This document shows positions 60,114-64,000 of a stretch of DNA of 64,000 nt, in pieces. The stretch comes from Candidatus Aphodoplasma sp. GTDB lineage: Bacteria > Bacillota > Clostridia > UBA1381 > UMGS1253. Location: NCBI GenBank assembly GCA_045541115.1, contig JAZQIM010000003.1:14663-78662 (forward strand), written 5' to 3'. The notes beneath the pieces are model-generated. The model did no database searches. It was not told the origin of the DNA and saw only the letters and a list, made by a program, of their open reading frames with translations. Each line of letters begins with the position of its first letter. Position 1 is the first letter of the stretch. The translations under genes and the position numbers were made by a program.

Positions 60114-61394
60114 TTATAATAATGATGAATTAGTGTCAAACTCATCGTCTTCAATTAGTTTTGCAGCATCAATTTCTGATAGAGAAGTAATCTTTTTAAG
60201 TGTGCTGCGAATTTTTCTTGTGCGAACACCGACGAGCTTATCAAGCTCTTTATTCGCTTGCTCAAGACGCGTTTGTGTCTGAATGAGTACATCTCCAAAT
60301 TTATCAAATTCGGTTTTAACTGCTCCAAGCACCTGCCATACTTCGCCGGAGTGTTTTTGTATAGCAAGCGTTCGAAAACCCATTTGAAGACTGTTCAAAA
60401 GCGAAGCCATCGTTGTTGGACCCGCTATGTTTATCTTATAATCGCGAGCAAGTGTTTCGATAAGACCGCGGCGTACAACTTCAGCATATAGTCCTTCAAA
60501 CGGAAGAAACATTATTGCAAATTCGGTTGTATGCGGGGGAGATACGTATTTGTCGTGAATAGTTTTTGCCGAAAGTTTAATGCTTCTTTCTAAAGCAGCA
60601 CCTGCAGAAGCGATTAGAGCTGAATCTCCACTGTCATATGCATCGACAAGGTTTGTATACATATCTGCAGGGAATTTTGAGTCAATTGGCAGATAGACAA
60701 TTCCATCGTCATTTCCGGGAAGACAAACGGCAAATTCAACGGCGTCACGTCCGGATGGTTTTGTTACGACATTTGTTTTGTATTGTTCAGGAGACAAAAT
60801 TTCTTCTAAAATTGCCCCAAGCTGTATTTCGCCAAGGATTCCGCGCGTTTTAACATTTGAAAGAACTTTTTTTAGGTCGCCGACACCTACTGCAAGTGTC
60901 TGCATTTCACCAAGACCTTTATATACCTGCTCAAGTCGTTCGCTTACAAGCTTAAATGACTGGCTGATACGTTCGTCAAGCGTCTTCTGGAGTTTTTCAT
61001 CTACCGTTTCACGTATTTTTTCGAGCTGTTTTTCGTTGTTTTCCGAAACGAATTTAAGCCTGTTTTCAACTGTTATCCTTATGTTTTCGAGCTTTTGCTC
61101 ATTTTCAAGAGAAAACTGTTTAAAACGCTCTGATATTTCTTTGAGACGGTTATCCTGCATATTTGCGCTCGCTTTTTGAGCCTCGGATAATACGTCGGAA
61201 ATAAGCTTCATATTTTCCTGTGTAGATTTTGCATTCTCTATACGCGATGCACGCATTTCATCAAAAATCTGTGATTTGATTTTATCATAATCAGCCGATG
61301 CGCCTTTGTTTTTTGATACGGCAAACAAGCTTATCAGTACTACTACAGATAAAATAAGCGAGATGATACTTACAGCCAAAATAAGATATTGCAT
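60114..61394 (-). CDS. rmuC: DNA recombination protein RmuC
   Basis: It has an N-terminal TM helix, a long coiled coil and a C-terminal RmuC nuclease-like region (EFAIMFLPFEGLYAE). I prefer the ATG at 61394 (GGAGG 6 nt upstream) over the track start at 61412. Confidence 0.87.
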   Translation of the reverse strand: MQYLILAVSIISLILSVVVLISLFAVSKNKGASADYDKIKSQIFDEMRASRIENAKSTQENMKLISDVLSEAQKASANMQDNRLKEISERFKQFSLENEQKLENIRITVENRLKFVSENNEKQLEKIRETVDEKLQKTLDERISQSFKLVSERLEQVYKGLGEMQTLAVGVGDLKKVLSNVKTRGILGEIQLGAILEEILSPEQYKTNVVTKPSGRDAVEFAVCLPGNDDGIVYLPIDSKFPADMYTNLVDAYDSGDSALIASAGAALERSIKLSAKTIHDKYVSPPHTTEFAIMFLPFEGLYAEVVRRGLIETLARDYKINIAGPTTMASLLNSLQMGFRTLAIQKHSGEVWQVLGAVKTEFDKFGDVLIQTQTRLEQANKELDKLVGVRTRKIRSTLKKITSLSEIDAAKLIEDDEFDTNSSLL

Positions 61395-61415
61395 ATTTAC
61401 CTCCATAGGCATTTA

Positions 61416-62405
61416 TCAGCCTTCTGCACGTTTTGCTCTCTCCATGAGCATTCCTTTTGCGTTTTCAACAGGCATATTTTCAAAAAGAACTTTGTATGCA
61501 CATTCAGTTATAGGCATTGATACGTTGTATTTTTTTGCAAGCTCATGTGCCGCAGCGCAAGCATTTACGCCTTCGACAACCATGTGCACTTTATTTGTTG
61601 CTTCTTCAAGCGAAGCTCCCTGACCTATAAGAACGCCGGCACTTCTGTTTCTGCTATGAGTGCTCATACATGTAACGATAAGGTCACCAATTCCGGTTAA
61701 ACCTGCAAATGTTTCTGCTTCTGCGCCCATTGCAACGCCAAGCCTTGTTATTTCAGCGATTCCGCGTGTCATAAGTGCCGCGCAAGTATTATCGCCACAG
61801 CCAAGACCTACCGCAATTCCTGCTGCAAGAGCAATTACATTCTTTATTGCGCCGCCGATTTCTGCACCAAGCATATCATCGCATGTATATACGCGAAAAT
61901 CAGGACTCATGAAAACGTCTTGAACAAAAGTAGTAATTTCTTTTTCGTCTGATGCAACGACGTTTGCCGTAGCCATTTTTCTTCCAACTTCTTCTGCGTG
62001 CGACGGACCACTCATAATGCCGAGACGAACATTTGGGATTTCGTCTTTAATTACTTCAGAGAGACGTTTAAGTGTTTTTGGCTCAAGTCCTTTTGATATA
62101 TTTAATAGTATTTGCTCTTGTTTTATGTATTTTGCCAGGTTACGAACGGTATTTCTTATAGCGTGCGATGGAGTAGCAAGAACGATTAGTTCGGCATCTT
62201 CTACGCATTCTTGCATATCATTTGAAAAAGTTATGTCTCCGTCGAGCATAACACCGGGTAAAAATTCTTTGTTTTCGCGGTCGCGACGAAGGTTAAGAGT
62301 TTCTTCTTCTTTCCATGACCATAAATAAACTTTGTAACCTTTTGACGCAAGAAGTGATGTAACTGCGCTGCCCCAACTGCCTGAACCGATTACTGCTATT
62401 TTCAT
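61416..62405 (-). CDS. gpsA: NAD(P)H-dependent glycerol-3-phosphate dehydrogenase
   Basis: It starts with the Rossmann motif MKIAVIGSGSWGSA and has the GpsA core (GLKGNVIA-like GAIKNVIALAAG). The ATG at 62405 lies 1 nt after the plsY stop; the track ORF is 27 nt longer. Confidence 0.95.
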   Translation of the reverse strand: MKIAVIGSGSWGSAVTSLLASKGYKVYLWSWKEEETLNLRRDRENKEFLPGVMLDGDITFSNDMQECVEDAELIVLATPSHAIRNTVRNLAKYIKQEQILLNISKGLEPKTLKRLSEVIKDEIPNVRLGIMSGPSHAEEVGRKMATANVVASDEKEITTFVQDVFMSPDFRVYTCDDMLGAEIGGAIKNVIALAAGIAVGLGCGDNTCAALMTRGIAEITRLGVAMGAEAETFAGLTGIGDLIVTCMSTHSRNRSAGVLIGQGASLEEATNKVHMVVEGVNACAAAHELAKKYNVSMPITECAYKVLFENMPVENAKGMLMERAKRAEG

Positions 62406-62406
62406 G

Positions 62407-63078
62407 TTATGCGCTCTCCTTTTTTTGTCCAAATTTTGATTCTGTTCCTTTTATAAGACGAGATATATTCGCGCTGTGACGTGCTATTGCAAGTATGCAC
62501 ATAACGGTAGAGACAACTGCGAGAATATAATCAAAGTCTTTGTCAATTAAAAATGTATATACACACGAAGCGGTGGGAAACAAAAGTGCTCCAACGATTG
62601 AGCCGAGAGATACATATCGTGTGACTACCATAACAAGCAAAGCACCAAAAAGAACGATTAAACCCACGCGCCAGTCAAGCATAAATATTGTTGCGGCAGA
62701 AGTTGCAATACCCTTTCCACCTTTAAACTGGAAGAAAATAGGGTAGTTGTGTCCAAGTACAACGAACAAAGCGCAAATGCAACGCAAAAGACTCGACATG
62801 TTTGGAGTAATGGTGCCGGATAAGTGCGGCATGCATTCTGCGATCATTGCAAGTCCTACAGCGATTACGCCTTTAAGTGCATCACACAACAAAGTAAATA
62901 CTCCAATTTTTTTGCCATATGTGCGAAGCATATTTGTTGCACCTGCGTTTCCGCTTCCATGGTCACGTATATCGGTTCCGATTATTTTTGATATAATAAT
63001 TGATGAATTTACACTTCCTATAATGTAAGTTACAACGATAAGTGCCATTAGTGTCATTAAATAAGGTAATGAGTTCAT
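62407..63078 (-). CDS. plsY: Glycerol-3-phosphate acyltransferase PlsY
   Basis: 223 aa and polytopic, with motifs HGSGNAGATN and FKGGKGIAT. Confidence 0.93.
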   Translation of the reverse strand: MNSLPYLMTLMALIVVTYIIGSVNSSIIISKIIGTDIRDHGSGNAGATNMLRTYGKKIGVFTLLCDALKGVIAVGLAMIAECMPHLSGTITPNMSSLLRCICALFVVLGHNYPIFFQFKGGKGIATSAATIFMLDWRVGLIVLFGALLVMVVTRYVSLGSIVGALLFPTASCVYTFLIDKDFDYILAVVSTVMCILAIARHSANISRLIKGTESKFGQKKESA

Positions 63079-63100
63079 CTGTCAATCGTTCCTTTCACAA

Positions 63101-64000
63101 TCAGTTGTTTTTTTCTCCGCGTTCACGGATTATAAAATGTATAGGCGTGCCTTCAAAACCAAATGCACTTCTTAATTGGTTTTCAATATATCTTTGGTAT
63201 GAAAAATGGAAAAGCTCTGCCTTATTTACGAAGATTACAAATGTTGGAGGCTTCGTGCTTGCCTGTGTAGCGTAATATATACGAAGCCTTTTTCCTTTGT
63301 CTGACGGGGGCTGTACCTTTGCGGTAGCTTCACCGATTACATCGTTTAACATACCGGTTGTAATTCGTCTTGAATTCTGATTTGCCACTTCCTTAATCAT
63401 TTCGAAAACTGCATCAACACGACTGCCTGTTTTTGCTGAAATAAAATGAACAGGTGCATACTGCATAAATGCAAGCGTATCCATAATGTCGAGCTTGTAA
63501 TTTTTCATTGTATTTGTTTCTTTTTCGACTATATCCCATTTGTTCACAACGATGATTGAAGCTTTTCCGCTCTCGTGAACAAAACCAGCAATTTTTGAGT
63601 CCTGCTCCGTTATGCCTTCACTTCCGTCAATCATTATAATACACACATCGCTTCTTTCTACGGCAGCATATGCGCGTATAACGCTATAGCGCTCAATCTG
63701 CTCATCGACTTTAGATTTGCGGCGTATTCCGGCAGTGTCGATAAACATATATCGTTGTCCGTTGTGCTCATAATACGTATCAATTGCATCGCGTGTTGTG
63801 CCCGCAATATTTGTGACGATAACCCTGTCTTCGCCCAAAATTCTGTTTATAAGAGATGATTTACCGGCGTTTGGCTTACCAACGATTGCAACCTTAATAA
63901 CATCATCATCAGCGTCGTTTTCATCAGCAGGCGGGAAGTATTTTGATGCTTCGTCCAAAAGGTCGCCGACACCAAGTCCGTGTGTTGATGAAATTGCAAA
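63101..64000 (-). CDS. der: Ribosome-associated GTPase Der/EngA (C-terminal part: second G domain + KH-like domain; 5' end outside window)
   Basis: The ORF is open to the window edge. My translation of 63959-64000 gives FAISSTHGLGVGDL, the end of G domain 1. After that come VAIVGKPNAGKSSL, DTAGIRR, NKWD and a KH-like tail. The der-plsY-gpsA order fits. Confidence 0.93.
   Translation of the reverse strand, partial: FAISSTHGLGVGDLLDEASKYFPPADENDADDDVIKVAIVGKPNAGKSSLINRILGEDRVIVTNIAGTTRDAIDTYYEHNGQRYMFIDTAGIRRKSKVDEQIERYSVIRAYAAVERSDVCIIMIDGSEGITEQDSKIAGFVHESGKASIIVVNKWDIVEKETNTMKNYKLDIMDTLAFMQYAPVHFISAKTGSRVDAVFEMIKEVANQNSRRITTGMLNDVIGEATAKVQPPSDKGKRLRIYYATQASTKPPTFVIFVNKAELFHFSYQRYIENQLRSAFGFEGTPIHFIIRERGEKNN

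Overview
This is an AT-rich chromosomal segment from a low-GC, endospore-forming Firmicute. Gene order and protein signatures look Clostridia-like, and an alpha/beta-type SASP gene is present. I call about 50 protein-coding genes, almost all core housekeeping. They cover translation (lepA, thrS, leuS, rplU, rpmA, obg, der, rsfS, yhbY, miaA, miaB), DNA repair and recombination (radA, uvrB, uvrA, mutS, mutL, recG, rmuC), the CIRCE-controlled hrcA-grpE-dnaK-dnaJ operon, nucleotide and cofactor metabolism (purL, rdgB, nadD, yqeK, cimA), and lipid synthesis (plsY, gpsA). I saw no rRNA or tRNA genes, CRISPR arrays, transposases, integrases, prophage remnants or recognisable defence system, so I cannot claim a clear-cut novel system. 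The best candidates for follow-up are: (1) a translationally coupled murJ / Wzy-type / GT4 / two DUF4330-like gene module upstream of lepA (2400-7969); (2) a monocistronic 1413-aa secreted protein with three CBM-like repeats, a heparinase II/III-type region and a cell-surface stalk domain, inserted between housekeeping genes (13653-17894); (3) a zinc-ribbon/TM/beta-propeller membrane protein (9522-11384); (4) a small degenerate nucleotidyltransferase-like ORF between uvrB and uvrA (19997-20407). Smaller oddities are an L21-L27 operon with no Prp protease and no L27 propeptide, thrS and leuS without T-box leaders, and a YloV homolog whose conserved N-terminus lies upstream of any ATG/GTG/TTG. 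All family assignments come from motif reading and memory, not database searches.
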